From assembly GCA_964016885.1 (NCBI GenBank), contig OZ024741.1, forward strand, positions 108,252,001 through 108,316,000: a DNA stretch of 64,000 bases. The letters run 5' to 3'. Within the stretch, counting starts at the first letter, position 1; each line of letters opens with the position of its first letter. The notes below the pieces were generated by a model. It saw only the letters and a program-made list of their open reading frames with translations, did not search any database and was not told where the DNA came from. Of the stretch, positions 27,643 through 43,272 are shown piece by piece. The DNA comes from Eledone cirrhosa (taxonomy: Eukaryota). The translations under genes were made by a program, and so were the position numbers.

Positions 27643-28389
27643 GTAATTGTTTCTACACAAAGCCAGCAATAACCCCAGTGTATTACAGGTACTTTATTTT
27701 ATCGACCCCGAAAGGATGAAAGGCAAAGTTAACTTCGGCGGGATTTGAATATATAATCTCGGTATCTGGAGAGGGTGAAAAATACCAACCACCCGAGACG
27801 AATCCTCAAAAATTCATATTATTTGAGGTATTATGTATCTAGGATTATTTTATCCTATATACTTCCCATCATATCCAAGGTTCAACCAAAAATGCTGTCA
27901 GATTCTATTTTGATCTCATGATTTTATTTCTATGACGATTTCAGATTACATAAATTCTGAAGATTATAGTAGACACATCTGTTAAAATATATATTTAAAG
28001 ATAGCAGCATATGGAGGTGTTAGGCGTAGGTGTTGGGCTATATTTCTATCGATGACAACATAATGCTAGCATACGTTGATAATGGGCCTTGGAGTTGTGG
28101 GGAATGTTTCTATAAATGACAATATAATAGCAACATCCGGGGATGGTAGGCGTGGGTGTCCGGGTAATATGTCTATTAATGAAAACATAACAGGAAAGCT
28201 ATGTATTTAAATCACAACTATCATCAGATTCACAGTTGGAGTGTCAAAAGTGTTTATTAATATATGTATAATATATATGTATATATATATAATATATATA
28301 ATATATATGTATATATTATATATATACACATACCAAGCGTGAAACTAAAAACCATATCATTTTTACTGCCTCTCTGTTCATTTAATAAA

Positions 28390-29058
<669 letters not shown>

Positions 29059-29068
29059 TATATATATG

Positions 29069-29115
<47 letters not shown>

Positions 29116-29199
29116 TTGTGTGTGTGTGTGTGTGTGTGTGGTTATGTGTGTGTGTGTATGTGTGTGTGTGTGTGTGTGTGAAAGTAAACGAGATATCGA

Positions 29200-29730
29200 T
29201 CAAGGTTACCTAAGCTCAGGTTACGAGTAATCTGTACCGAGGTATATTTTAGCGTACGGTGCTAGTTCACTCAACAAGATGCTTACTTAGTCAGGTATTT
29301 TGAAAGCTCCATGATTAGGAGTTCTTGGAGTAGTAATAGCAGGTAAAAGGATTATTAACACGAATAAGCGATATAACAGTGTTTTATTCCAAGCATTAAC
29401 CTATGTTTCATCACCTAATAAGCAATACCTTTTTGTCTTGAAACCGCTATCATCTATATCCTATTGCCTATTGTGAACTTTGACTTTAGATACACAACAC
29501 AATGCACTCACTATGGGAATTATCAATTTCACAATTATTTTGATGATTCATCTAGTGACAGCATTGTTTTGTGTATTTAAAATCGAATTTTACAATAGTC
29601 AATCGATTATTGATGATGGCGGTTTCAAGACAAGTATAATTTGCTTATTAGGCGATGAAATATATGTTAATGCTTGGAATAAAACCCTGTTATATCGCTT
29701 ATCCGTGTTAATCATCCTTTTATCTGTTAT
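29200..29730 (-). mobile_element. Older PLE mini-element family K: ~395-bp imperfect palindrome (29336-29730) plus tail
   Basis: Arms pair throughout. Each arm carries GAT-GAAA-(C/T)ATA(T/G)G-TT-AATGC (consensus stem III CATATG). ACTC...GAGC at 29306-29331 (-). Confidence 0.7.
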
Positions 29731-29731
29731 A

Positions 29732-30357
<626 letters not shown>

Positions 30358-30599
30358 ATAGAGATGTAGTCTGTAGCCGATTTAAGGGGAAAATTCACCA
30401 ACATAGATAGCACTCCCGGATCCCTTGAACGAAAGAGGCGTTGCCAGGTAAGTTGGCATAGGTACACGATAGGTAGGAAATTTTCCATCTTACTTAAGAA
30501 ACAATTCCGCATACAGCACATATATTACACTATCCTCATAGAAATACTGTTAGGCTTGCAAAATCTATCACAGCAAATTTAGCTGGAAACAACACTAAC

Positions 30600-31250
30600 A
30601 TAAATATTTCAGAATGAATCATTCTAAAGCAGAAACAGAGAACGGCGGAGGTACGAAGGCACTGTGTTTCCTCATTCATTTGCCGAGCGCATGGAAGCGG
30701 GGAGAGAGGAGAACTATGGTCTTTAGATGCATCTCAGTAGAGACGAAAAAGCGATCAGCATTCCACAGTCAGAAGTGGAAGCAGAACTGACATGCATCAG
30801 ATACGACATAGAATACATAGCGAGGGGCAGACGATACGGCACCATCCCGGTGCAGTTCACGTCAGAAGCCCTCGCTATAAAACACTTAGTGACCCCTTGC
30901 GAAACCAATAATGTCACTATGTACCGCTCCCACATTGGAAAAAGAAGAATCCACCATGGCTAGATATGTGGTGGCTCCTGGGTTGCGTGATTGTGGAGAT
31001 ACTTCTCTTAATCAGACCCGAGGTCCTGAGAAATATCCCGGACCACATCTGCAAGTAATAACTGAGGAAAAATGGTTTCACTGTTTCGTCTGCGTCGAAC
31101 AACTGACTTGCGGGCCTTCTGCCATCAGCTCTAAAATGCAAGAGGCCGAATATGTTCACTGCTACCGACGTCGGGGCGTGGACCACCCGTAAAACCAGTA
31201 TCGGCAACACCACCAGCAGCAACATCAGCGGAAACATCACGACCAACTTT
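30600..31250 (+). mobile_element. Possible degenerate LINE ORF1 (gag-like) fragment
   Basis: Higher-GC, frameshifted coding-like stretch: YIARGRRYGTI.VQF...GKRR and CYR..G.DH (decayed zinc knuckle). Confidence 0.35.
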
Positions 31251-31709
31251 GGCCACTTATGTGGAATAGGAGGAAAGCTCTCCCATTACCCGTTAAAACC
31301 AAATTGACATATTCACATAAACAGAAACACACAGGTAGACACAGACATATTTACAAACAGACACATCGTTTTCTAATAGCGAAGACGAGGAACAACCAAA
31401 GAAGCTAAATTAAAAAAACGAAAACACAAGGAAAAAAGAGGTAAACTACAAACATCCCACACACATATACAACTCAAACCACAGAGGCTACACTCACAAC
31501 AAACATTTACACTACGACACTAATACCACCACCGACACTACAACAACCACAACCACCACCAACACCACAATCCCGCAAACGCAAACACCCACAACTAATA
31601 CAATGACAAAAGTAGACACACAACTTCGTGTAAGTAAGAAACGCCAACAAGAATTTGATGGCCCTGATAGCACGAAGGCAAGAAAAGAAAAGGGGTGATA
31701 TATATATAT

Positions 31710-32028
<319 letters not shown>

Positions 32029-32215
32029 GTGTGTGTGTATCTATATATATAAGCATGTAGATAGATAGATAGAGAGGGGGGGGTGAAGAGAAATAGGTAT
32101 AACCCGTTACGCAATCTATGTAATCTATCGTTAAGCTTACTCATTACGACCAAATGAGTCATATTGATTATTGACTCATTGGTCGGTTTTTTCATAATAC
32201 ACACGCCACACACAT

Positions 32216-32299
<84 letters not shown>

Positions 32300-32975
32300 A
32301 TACATATAAATATTCACATGTCTATATTCATTTATTTACTTATTTATGATCATATATATCTATATACATTATAAAAGTAATGCCGAAGCTGAGTTAAGCA
32401 ATCCCTGACAATGCTGGTTGTGATTAAGTAACTTGAAAGATTCAAAGAATTTAGTTATTCGTGACCCTACCACGGTTTAAAATGATTTAATGTAATGTGA
32501 ATTAAATGGGATTGGTCGGGAATTCACTGGATGTGACCTTTTTCATTGAAAATTATAACCACAGGCTGCGACAGGAAATTTTGAGGTATATAAACTATGT
32601 CCATTGAATTCTCCGAGGCATTAGCTAGAGGACGTGCAAGTTATCTTTATTTATTGTGGCATTGATACCTAGGTCTCTGACAGTATGTCATACAGGATAT
32701 ATTTACTTCATAGATATTGTTCAGATCAATCACATCGGTATCACGGAAAACAGAGCAATATTTTTTTCTACAAAATTTTACACATATTTCAAATATTCTT
32801 ATGGAGGGTGTTGATTTAATTAATCCAACAGAGTATACAGCAACTTTATTGGCTTTGGAAAATTAAAATATGTTTTTAATTGAGTTTGATATGCTCAATG
32901 GTTGATTGCTAAGATCCTATTTCGGTAATGAGGAAAGACTTCATGCATTTGAGCAATTTAATAGCTGTTATGGTT

Positions 32976-33020
<45 letters not shown>

Positions 33021-33289
33021 CATCAAGTCCCAAACCAAGTATCGATTAAATATATGCTAGTCTAATTGAATGTAACTATTCTCGTCTTTTTCTGCTTACT
33101 TGTACACGCTATCCAGGTGAGATTTGGTTGTGATGCTCCCGTGTCGGATGATTGGCCTTAGGCATCGGTCCATAGTTGCAATTTGAAAATTTGAAACCAG
33201 AGCGCACTCATTTGGAGCAGACAACCTCCAACGTTGGAGTAATTCGAACAATCCGATTTTCTGGATTGTTATTTTATTTATTGTCCTTG

Positions 33290-33555
33290 TCATGATTAGA
33301 AAGAAAAGTCAACATAGATGAGATTTAACTCAGATTGCAGAAAGCCTTGTCTGATTTCAAATTAAGGTACAAGGCCAGCAAACGTGAGTGGAAGCCAAAG
33401 TTAATTAAATCAACTCCAGTACTTGGCGAATAATTTATTTTAATGTTTCTGGGTCTATGAAAGTCAAAGTTGACTTCGGTGGGATTTGAGTTCAGATTTG
33501 AGAGTCAGAACAAGTACTGCTCTGCCGTTTTACCAATTTTTCCAATCCACCAGCC
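33290..33555 (-). mobile_element. SINE family 1, two degraded pieces
   Basis: AAAGTCAAAGTTGACTTCGGTGGGATTTGAGTTCAG and ACAAGGCCAGCAA. Confidence 0.65.
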
Positions 33556-34620
33556 TGCTCAGGGTGGTGGATTTATGGACGTTCAACAATGATGCCATTT
33601 GACCACATCTCTATATCGAAATAGATTTTAGAGTAAAAACAGCAAAAACATTAGACTTAAGAGACGCTATCCTGCATTCAAAACATATAGGAAATCTTTA
33701 GATAGAATCTGAAGCCTATGTTGCTCCATTTATTAGCATATCTTCACTTATCTTGATCAATATGATGTGAGTGACATTGATTAGTAGAAGTTTGTAATTC
33801 TGTTGTCAATAATCTTGCCAATATAAAAATAATAATTCAAGTGTGTAACGTCTTCCTAACTGATTGACCGTTGATCTTATACACAATCTCTTATTTTGTA
33901 ACTCTCCGATTCTCTTATTCTAACATTGAAGTTGAAGTCGAGGTTTTATTTGTTTATAAGTTTGACCCTAAACCTGTTTACACTTAACGCTTGCTTCAAT
34001 CCCACTGAATTTTCTGTAAATACTGACATCGTTATTTTTATCCATTGATTCGAGTCAATTGTGTGAGAAGTCGATAAATCTACAAATAGTTTGGATTTAA
34101 ACATTGGTTCAACTAAACTCTTACATTAGTACATTTATGGCGTTCTTCTTCCTTTCTACTCACCTATTTAAGCTATTACGTCTATTTATCTGTAAAAAAA
34201 TGTTGGTGATTCATACTTCCAACATTGACAGCAGTTATTATCACTGTTGTTATCGTGTGTTGCTCTTGTCACGAGACACTTGGTAATATTTAAGATAATG
34301 GTGTTGAGTCGCATTCTCGTACGTTACAGGTATCGTGCCGTATGATGGGGAAAGATCTTGAGCAAAACCTCCTGACCTGCGGAGGCAGATAATTAGGGAT
34401 AAAATTGCAGAAAAATAGTGTTAGACGGCAAAATAAAGCATCACACTTGAACCTTGCAATGTTCAGTTTTTTCTCTTTCTGTTAATTGCTTGAATCTTTA
34501 AACTGTAGCCAAGTTGGGTTAATATCTTCAAAAGATTTAGTTCAGTAACACGTTTTCAAGGGTGGTAAATAATTGATCGATGTAATGTTTTCGAAACCGC
34601 TCTGTATTTAAGTCATAGGG

Positions 34621-35370
34621 CAAGAAGTTTACCCCTGGTTGAAACGCTTATAAGGTTACTTTGTTTTAAAGTACTTAACTGCGATCTTTAATTTGGTCAA
34701 TTCTGAGCCTTATTTGAGATAGTTCTATATTTGTACTTATAAGCTTCTCTGAATTATATTCTAAGCGATATTATTCATTGAAGTGTAATGTATATTACTG
34801 ACTAATTCTAAAATATGTACTATTTATTCCTGCCCACTAAATGTCGAGTAGATAGACGTTTGTAAATTGACTGCTATTTCTAGAAAAAAAGATTTATCCT
34901 CGTCACACAGCCTGTAGCTTGTTGCCTTGTTGATAATTGTGCACATGCATACATTATTGTGCACAGTGCTTGCTTTATTTCAGGTGTACGTGGGTTCCTG
35001 CAACAGGTAAATATATCTTATCTCGCTTACTATGGAAAAGAAGACCTTTCTGATGATCAAGCAGGTTCGGGCAGAAATAACTGTCGTATCTGATCGAGAT
35101 GGCAAATTCTATTGCTTTAGCTTGAAAAACTGGAGTAAGGGGAAAATTTGATAACCCCCCTAGATTTACCTTGATTGACAAGAGGTTTACCCCTGGGATG
35201 AGGCGCTTATAAGTTTTTTTTTATTGTAAAATACTTTACTACGATCTTCCCTTTAGTCAATACTGAGCCTTATTTGAGAGATATCTATATTTGTAATTAG
35301 AAGCTTTTCTGAATTATATTCTAAGCGATATTATTCATTGAGATGTAATGTATATCACTGACTAATTTCT
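34621..35370 (+). repeat. ~190-bp direct repeats (34621-34810 / 35179-35370), probable tandem pLTRs of an old PLE (family P)
   Basis: Both contain TTTACCCCTGG..GAAACGC/GAGGCGC and a tail hairpin T(C/T)TC-TGAAT...ATTCA-TT-GA(A/G). Confidence 0.6.
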
Positions 35371-35377
35371 AGATATG

Positions 35378-35418
<41 letters not shown>

Positions 35419-35532
35419 CATACACACGCACAAACACAAACACACACACACACACATATATACATATATATAAATGTATATGTATATATACATATATACA
35501 TATATATATTTGTATATAAATATATATATATT

Positions 35533-35568
<36 letters not shown>

Positions 35569-35590
35569 TAAATATATATGTATATATATA

Positions 35591-35682
<92 letters not shown>

Positions 35683-35727
35683 TATATATATACACATACA
35701 CACACATATATATATATATACATACAC

Positions 35728-35782
<55 letters not shown>

Positions 35783-37953
35783 GGTAATGCGGTGGGAGAA
35801 GGGAGGGGATGAAGAAAGTGTTGGTTGGGAGCAATACTGGAAGTAAATATGAAGCTAATGTTGAGGTATGATGGCTGTGGTGGCGGTGGTGGTGGTGCTG
35901 GTAGTGGTAGGGTGCTAAACGCCATTTCTGTGTTCAGTATCCAATGTTAGGCAGCAGAAAGTAGGCATCGCCGGTTATATTTATCCAACATCATCATCTG
36001 TCTTCCACAATTGCCACGTTTTTTTTTTCTATTTATACACCTATCTACTATACATAAATACATACATAAATACATATAAATACATACATATATACAAACA
36101 TACACATTCATATATGTGTTATACATAATACGTATACATAAACACACAGCCATACGTACAGATATATGCTTATACATATACACATGCGTTTATACACAGG
36201 GGCGCGCGCGTGTAAACGAACATGTCAAAATGAAAGGAAAACTAGATATAGAATGAAGCAAGTGACTAGAGAAACTGGAGAGGAGCCAACGGAGGCCAGA
36301 CTAACACCATAGATGATGCCAGGATGGTGGTGGTGATTTACATAGAGATGGAGTGAGAGAGAGTGTGTGTGTGTGAGAGAAACAGAGAGAGGGTAAGAGA
36401 GAGAAAGAGAGAGAGTTTGGGGCTGGGCTCATTGAAATGTAACAGTTCCATCTTCAACAACATTGCAATCATCATACTCATCATCATCATCATCATCATC
36501 ATTATCCCCACCGCCATCATCACCATCGACGTAGCAATAACAACAACAAAAACAATTAGCAGCAGAAAAGCAGGTTCGTCATGCCAATCATCATTCCCTT
36601 CCACGTAGTCATCGTTATCATCATCATTGCCATCATCATCACCATTATCATCATCATAATCATCGTCTACATTATCCTCTTCATCAAATTCATCGTATTT
36701 TGTCATCATCATCACAAACATCTTCGTCATCGTCATTGTTACAACTACCGCAATCCTCATCACCACCAATATCATAGTTGTAAGCATTAAATTCATCACC
36801 TTAATCATTGTCACCGCCATCATCACAACCAATATAACCCTCATTCCACCATACCATCATCATCAAAATAGCATCATCCTCATTTTCATCATCATAAAAT
36901 TGCCATATGTACGGTCATCCTTTCAAACGTCTCTTATAGTAAAAACTTGTAAATTACATAGTTTAATGTGTGTTGGACTAGCCTAGTTAATAGATCAACA
37001 TTCTTCCCCACAATAGTTATTACATTGATACCTTTCACTACAATATCCTGTAATAACAAGAAGTATTATTCCCCTAATGAGTAGAAAATTCACTAGTGTT
37101 GTATATCATTTTGAGATTTTGCTCCTGATGCTGTAAACCTCAGAAATAATGAAGCCACACGCTCCAATAATATTTAGATATGACTAGCTTCACTATATTA
37201 TACAACGTTTACGTTTTTGTATTTGTACAATTTTTCTACTATTTTTTCGAATTGCTTAATTTAGTTTTAATCATGATGTGTTGGTTAAAATATATGAAAT
37301 TACTTTGAAAATATTCACCAGACATACCTTGATTACATGAGAAACTTTAGTAATTTTGGTGTGATATTTTGGTGTGAAATGAGAGAAATTAACCCAGTAG
37401 AGAAGCTTGCATCGCTTGAATTAGAGAATACGAGGATTAAGATATTGTTTCAATACAATACAACACACAAACTCTCAGGTCAATGTTTCACATAGAAAAA
37501 AAGAAAAACCAACTAGTTATGACTAACGAATAAATAGTCGATCACTTCTTAAGCAATGTGATTGCATAATATTGAGCCGAGATTTCACGATGGCTTATAG
37601 AAACCGCAAGAAAATGCATTTGAGTCAATACCAAATATAGGGACATTTGAAAAGAATAGAGTCGCTTTTGACTAGCACAAGAAAGCGAGCACGGAAACAG
37701 TTAATAAAATCTTACGACAGGAAACAGGAATGATTTCTGTTCCGACGAGTTATGCTAATAGTAACACACGAAAGAAGGAAATATACGTAGTAGTGCAGAC
37801 AAAAGTGTCTTGTACCTTTCAAAAGCCACATAGTGAAAAAATAAGAAAGGCTGAAAATGTTATATATATATATATATTTGTTTTATTAAGACCATGTTAG
37901 AATCTTCCTACGCTGGAGACTCACCTGAGTAATGACTCTCTCTCTCTTTCTCT

Positions 37954-38019
<66 letters not shown>

Positions 38020-38049
38020 AATATATATATATGTGTGTGTGTGTGCTTA

Positions 38050-39075
38050 TCTATATATATAAAACTGTAGTTGTCTGTGTGTGTGTGTGTGTGTCCTCAT
38101 TTTTGCAAAGTCTATACAAATCTACATTTCTACTCCGATTGACTTCAAACTTGCATTTATATATTCCTTGTGGTCTAAAGATATTAACTGCAGCTTTTAT
38201 TTTTCAATTTTCTGTTGTTAAAGGGGTGTTAGGCACCGGTTATCTATCTGTCTGTATGTCTGACTGTCTGCATTACGACATTATTACAAACATGTCATTG
38301 CTGACATATTACGTTCGCTTTTTTCCGTTCATTGCCAGGGAACGTCTTCATCAACCAAAGTATCATCTACCCGTTTTCCTTCGGTTGCAACGTTTTTCAA
38401 AATATTTACTTCTGCGTTCACAGATTGATTTTTTTTAGTTTCAGAAGATCCCGTTAAGGGTGAAAACAGCGATTCTTTGCTTAAACTTTAAACTTTATTT
38501 TAATATATAATATAAGCGAGGCAAGCCAGCCCAGTTGCTACTTCTTGACAATAAACATTAACCCTTTGTGCGCCATTCATCTAACTGTAAACCAACAAAT
38601 ACCAACTAAACGGAGCGTTGACAAGAACGATGGCGAATGAATCTTCGAGGTAAGCAGTTTCCTCCCGAGCTGCTAGTTCATACGGGATTCTCTGCTACAC
38701 CTTTTCGTAATAATACCCAACAACGTACTGCTTGTCACTCTTTCCTCCAAAAGCCGTACAAAGCGGACATTTGCCTACACATTACTGCTATTGCACTGGA
38801 ACCTTCTGCCAACTTAACCTGTGACTTTCTCTTTCACATTTACTCCAATAAGCCAAAACAGAGGAGTATGAAAAGAAGGGGCTCAACAATATTTCTATGA
38901 ACAATGCACGTAAACAGCTAAACTGTACTTTCAACTTCTTAATTTTCTCCAAATAAAACAAGCTTCCAGTCGGTATATCTTCGTGAGTTTTTAACTGGCA
39001 CTCACAAATAAACGTTTCTCATTGAAGGTGCTATTACCAATGTTCCTACCCGTGCAACGCCGGGATACACTGCTA

Positions 39076-39076
<1 letters not shown>
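38050..39076 (+). mobile_element. Non-autonomous Helitron-like element containing a family I PLE UTR/hammerhead piece (38300-38505)
   Basis: 5' TCTATATATATAAAA after a host A. 3' hairpin CCCGTGCAACGCCGGG followed by CTAG before a host T. Confidence 0.65.
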
Positions 39077-39134
<58 letters not shown>

Positions 39135-39139
<5 letters not shown>

Positions 39140-39790
39140 CCATCTCTTCAAATATAATCGAAAAGTATTCAGCCGTGGTCACGTAAATGGCTCTTAAGCC
39201 CGACACCAAAGCTTCAGATTTTCTCACAAATATGGCACTGAAAGCAAATATTGCGTCCTAAGCATGTCGATTAGAGTGTCTAGTTAGAACTCTTTGAGAA
39301 CGACAAATATTTACACACAAATGACAGAGTTGTCTGATCTCTGCTGCAAAAGATCGTCATAGACAGCATGTGGCTCCCTTTCTACATGCGATGCTGTGTG
39401 GTAATTGTGACCAGCTTAGATAGCAATACTCCGTTGCACATATTGCATCTAAATTCTGAACTGAAATCTGGAATCTCTCTGGTTTCTTCATTTCGCAAGG
39501 GTTTGAGCTCTGCATGTTGAATACGCTTTTTACCTCAGACTTCTGGCTATCATCTGTAATCATGCTACATCAATCCACTCTGTTCTTCGCTAAGGATACC
39601 CAATGTCTAATATCCATATATAGTATCTTCAAATTATCTTTAACCACAACTTTGTATCGCTTTTTGGGGATATGACCTGACATCTTTGTAATTGAAAGCT
39701 CTCCATAAACCAATCTCTTGGTCAAACAGGTATCATCCATCATAATAACACGGCCAGTCAAACGCAATAACCAGGGGATTTAAGCACACT
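39135..39790 (-). mobile_element. RTE (BovB-like) LINE 3' fragment
   Basis: LRLTGRVIMMDD.CLTKRLVYGELS...KKRYK..VKDNLK..W..LA.NR. Confidence 0.8.
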
Positions 39791-40129
39791 AATACCACGG
39801 TTGTCGTTGCCTACTGCAATGGATGCTTTTGTATATGGATATTATGATTGCAACAATCCAATCCTGGAGGATATCGTCCTCCTCGCAAATCCGCAATAAC
39901 AGAGAGGGGAACTAAGAAGTAATAATATACCATTCCTATCTCAAAAGCTCAATTAGAATCCCATCTAGACAAGGAGACTTCCAGCTATTTATTCCCATAA
40001 TTGCCCATTCTACCGCAGCCTGTGTAGGTCTGCAATTAAATATATATATACATATATTTAAATATATTTATTCTGAAGTGAAAATCCACGTCGAAATATT
40101 TTCCGGTTACCTAGATCCTGTTTGTTCCT

Positions 40130-40565
40130 TGATATGTAACTACCGATACGTTGAAAGTGATATTCATATTGTTGTACATATGTATGTCATTGGATATTTA
40201 ACTCGGGATACTCAGAGAGTAACATGTGCGAGAAATATATGTTGTTATATATTTAACTACCGATACATTGAGTGCGACATATATGTTTTTCATTGTACAT
40301 ATATGTATGTCAACAGATATATAACTACGGAAAATTAGAGAGTGATAGGTGTTATACATATGTATATCAGTATATATTTAACTATAGATAGTAAGAGTGT
40401 GACATACATAGGAATTTCAGAAGTGTATGTTACAAGGTATTTAACAATGGTTACTTAGTATGTTGTACATATGTATGTCAGCGGATTACAAACTATGGAT
40501 ATTTAGAGGGTGATACACATAGGAAATTTAGAAGTGTTTATTACGAGATATTTAACTAAGGTCAT
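40130..40565. repeat. Degenerate ~55-60-bp minisatellite
   Basis: Recurrent ATATTTAACTA.GGATA...GAGTGTGACA...GTTGTACATATGTATGTCA. Confidence 0.7.
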
Positions 40566-40926
40566 ATGCGTGATGATATAATCTATTGATGTACCGATAT
40601 CTTATCACCCCATCTTACGCATTTCCAACGTCACGAGACCACGCCTTGTAAATAAAACCTGTTCTTTAAGTCATCACAGAGCAAGTAGTCATATGACAAT
40701 GAAGCGAGATTGACTAAGCAATATATTGTAGTAGTTGTGAAAGAGTAATGACTATTAATATGTGTATGCCTGCACATGAATAGGTATATACCAGTGTGCC
40801 TGTGTATGTATGGATGAATGTTTGTGTATGTGGGTGCGCACGCGTACTTGTGCTATTTCACATAATAGCGGAACAGTGAAATCCAGGTAATGACACATTA
40901 ATAAACCTGTCTTCTTTATATGAATG

Positions 40927-41004
<78 letters not shown>

Positions 41005-41030
41005 GGAAAAAATGAAATTTCATCTTAAAT

Positions 41031-41501
41031 ATAAGTATGTATACGTACATACATATAGGTATACAGACGTACAGTAGTATGTATATACATACATACATGC
41101 ACAGATATATATATATATATATATGTACCTATGGGTTTACCGAACATTTATTATAATGTTCGGTTTGTTTGTAAACAAACAGCCCGTATTAAACCCTACA
41201 GTGTTCGGCAACCATCGTTGCCCTTTTGTTCAACACGGAACGACGAACTAGTTTCTAGCTGATGACAGCTAATAAGCTAGAAACTAGTTCATCGTTCCTT
41301 TGTCAGTTTTGAACAAAAGGGCAACGATGGTTGCCGAACACTATACGGCTTAACTCGGGCTGTTTGTTTACAAACAAACCGAGCATTATAATAAATGTTC
41401 GTAAACCCATACGAACATATATACATATATATGTGTACATGTATGTATGTATATACATACTACTCTACGTCTGTATACATATATGTATGTACGTATACAT
41501 G

Positions 41502-41506
<5 letters not shown>
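41031..41506 (+). mobile_element. ~475-bp palindrome centred on a hammerhead core (family E)
   Basis: Centre CTGATGA-c-AGCT-aata-AGCT-a-GAAA-CTAG-TT (41259-41289). Arms pair out to 41031/41506. Confidence 0.8.
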
Positions 41507-41549
<43 letters not shown>

Positions 41550-41595
41550 CATGTATACGTACACACATATATGTATACAGACGTAAAGTAGTATG

Positions 41596-41669
<74 letters not shown>

Positions 41670-42976
41670 CATGTATACGTACATACATATATGTATACAG
41701 ACGTAGAGTAGTATGTATATACATACATACATGTACACATATATATAAATATGTTCGTATATATATATATGTTCGTATATATATATATATATATATATAT
41801 ATGTAGGAGGTGAGTTTATTGTAGTACAATAAAGCAATGCAGATATCGGATAAGAAGCACTCTACAGTTTGTGGGACTGGAGTATGCATAATATAAGATC
41901 AAAAGATGGTTAAAGGAGTTCCATATATTTTATTATGCGCATTTCAAAAACAAACATCATCAAGCAATAATATTTGTGTTTTCATCAGATAAAACAGGAG
42001 AACATGATATGAAGGCTAAAAAAACACTTGTTGATAGTGCAGTTTTAAATCAACATATGAAAAGTGGTTTTAGATTGATGTGTGATATTGGGAAAAATAT
42101 TTTATTTAGAGAGGAGGGGGGAAGGATGAAAAGGGAAGGAGATGAGAGGGAGAGATGGGTGATAGAGAGAAAGAGATAGTTTTTATAACTGAGAGGAGAT
42201 ATATTTTTTACATAGAGGGGTTGAAAACCGTTGGAAGATACTGTATAAATTAAAAATTTTGAAAATTAACGAAGGGAGGATATGTGCGAGGAAAAAATAT
42301 TTTATTTAGGGAGGGGGGGGGTGGAAAGGATGAAAAAAAGGGGAGAGGAGATGAGAGTGAAGGTGGAGAGGGAGAGATGGGTGATAGAGAGAAAGAGATA
42401 GTTTTTATAACTGAGAAAAAGATATATTGTTTTAATATAGAGAGGTTGGGAACCGTTGGAAGATAATGTATAAATTAAAGGAATTTGAAAATTAACGAAG
42501 GGAAATTATGTATGAAGATAGAGAGAAAAAAATAATAATTGTGGGTGAATATTCTAACGTCAAAAGAAGAAATGTATGTATTGTGGCAATTTCAAAATTA
42601 GCGAAGAGAAAAGTTGTTAAGGTTTGTGTGTAGAAGGATTTGAGAAAAATAATGTGAAGTTAAAGTTTGTATATTGAATTGATATGTATTAATAATGAGT
42701 TCGTTGATGGGGAGAAAAAATAATAATAAATTAAGGATGAAATTGAGATTAAAAAGATTTATGATAGAGAGAAAAAATAATAATGATTGCGGATGAATAT
42801 TCAAAATGTCAAAAACAAATGTTATTATTTTACGAGAAGATAGAATGAGGGTAATGAGTAAACGAGTATTATAGAGTGTATAATGCCCTTTAAAGTAAGG
42901 TAGATGGGTATATTTTAAAGAGGTGTATGTATATGTGCCTTTGAGAAAAGATTCTAAATTGATAAAGAATTGAATA

Positions 42977-43272
42977 TTAACTGTATACTTTGTGAAAAGT
43001 TCTATGGAATTTATGCAGGCAGATAGAAAACAAATCTGAGCGTCTATTTATTATAGATTCTAGGTTAGAGATAATGGTAAATTTTTCATTTAGGCAGAGA
43101 TTACAGATTTTAGATAGAGAGCTGTTCAAGTATGAGGATGCAGAAGAAATCTTTTTCCAAAAGATGTTATATTTAATGTTTTTGTCTTTTAAGGACCATA
43201 TGAGTTCTGAGAGAGCAGTGTTAGTTCTTTTAAGTTTGTATTTGAAAGATGAATGATGATTATAGAGACGAG
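42977..43272 (-). pseudogene. PLE GIY-YIG C-terminal half (family F)
   Basis: RLYNHHSSFKY...TALS..IWSLKD....Y.I.W....A.SY...CNLCLNEK..I...IN.RS....CLH is homologous to 6825-7140. The listed ORF N-terminus comes from the inverted arm. Confidence 0.85.

Noticed and set aside
28005-28200. Three degenerate ~62-bp units
   Set aside because: Too decayed to define; no open frame or structure supported.
35050-35090. CTGATGA...GAAA hammerhead candidate
   Set aside because: No convincing stem I, II or III pairing.
36338-36900. 168-aa Met/Asp-rich ORF
   Set aside because: Derived from a degenerate (CAT)n microsatellite.
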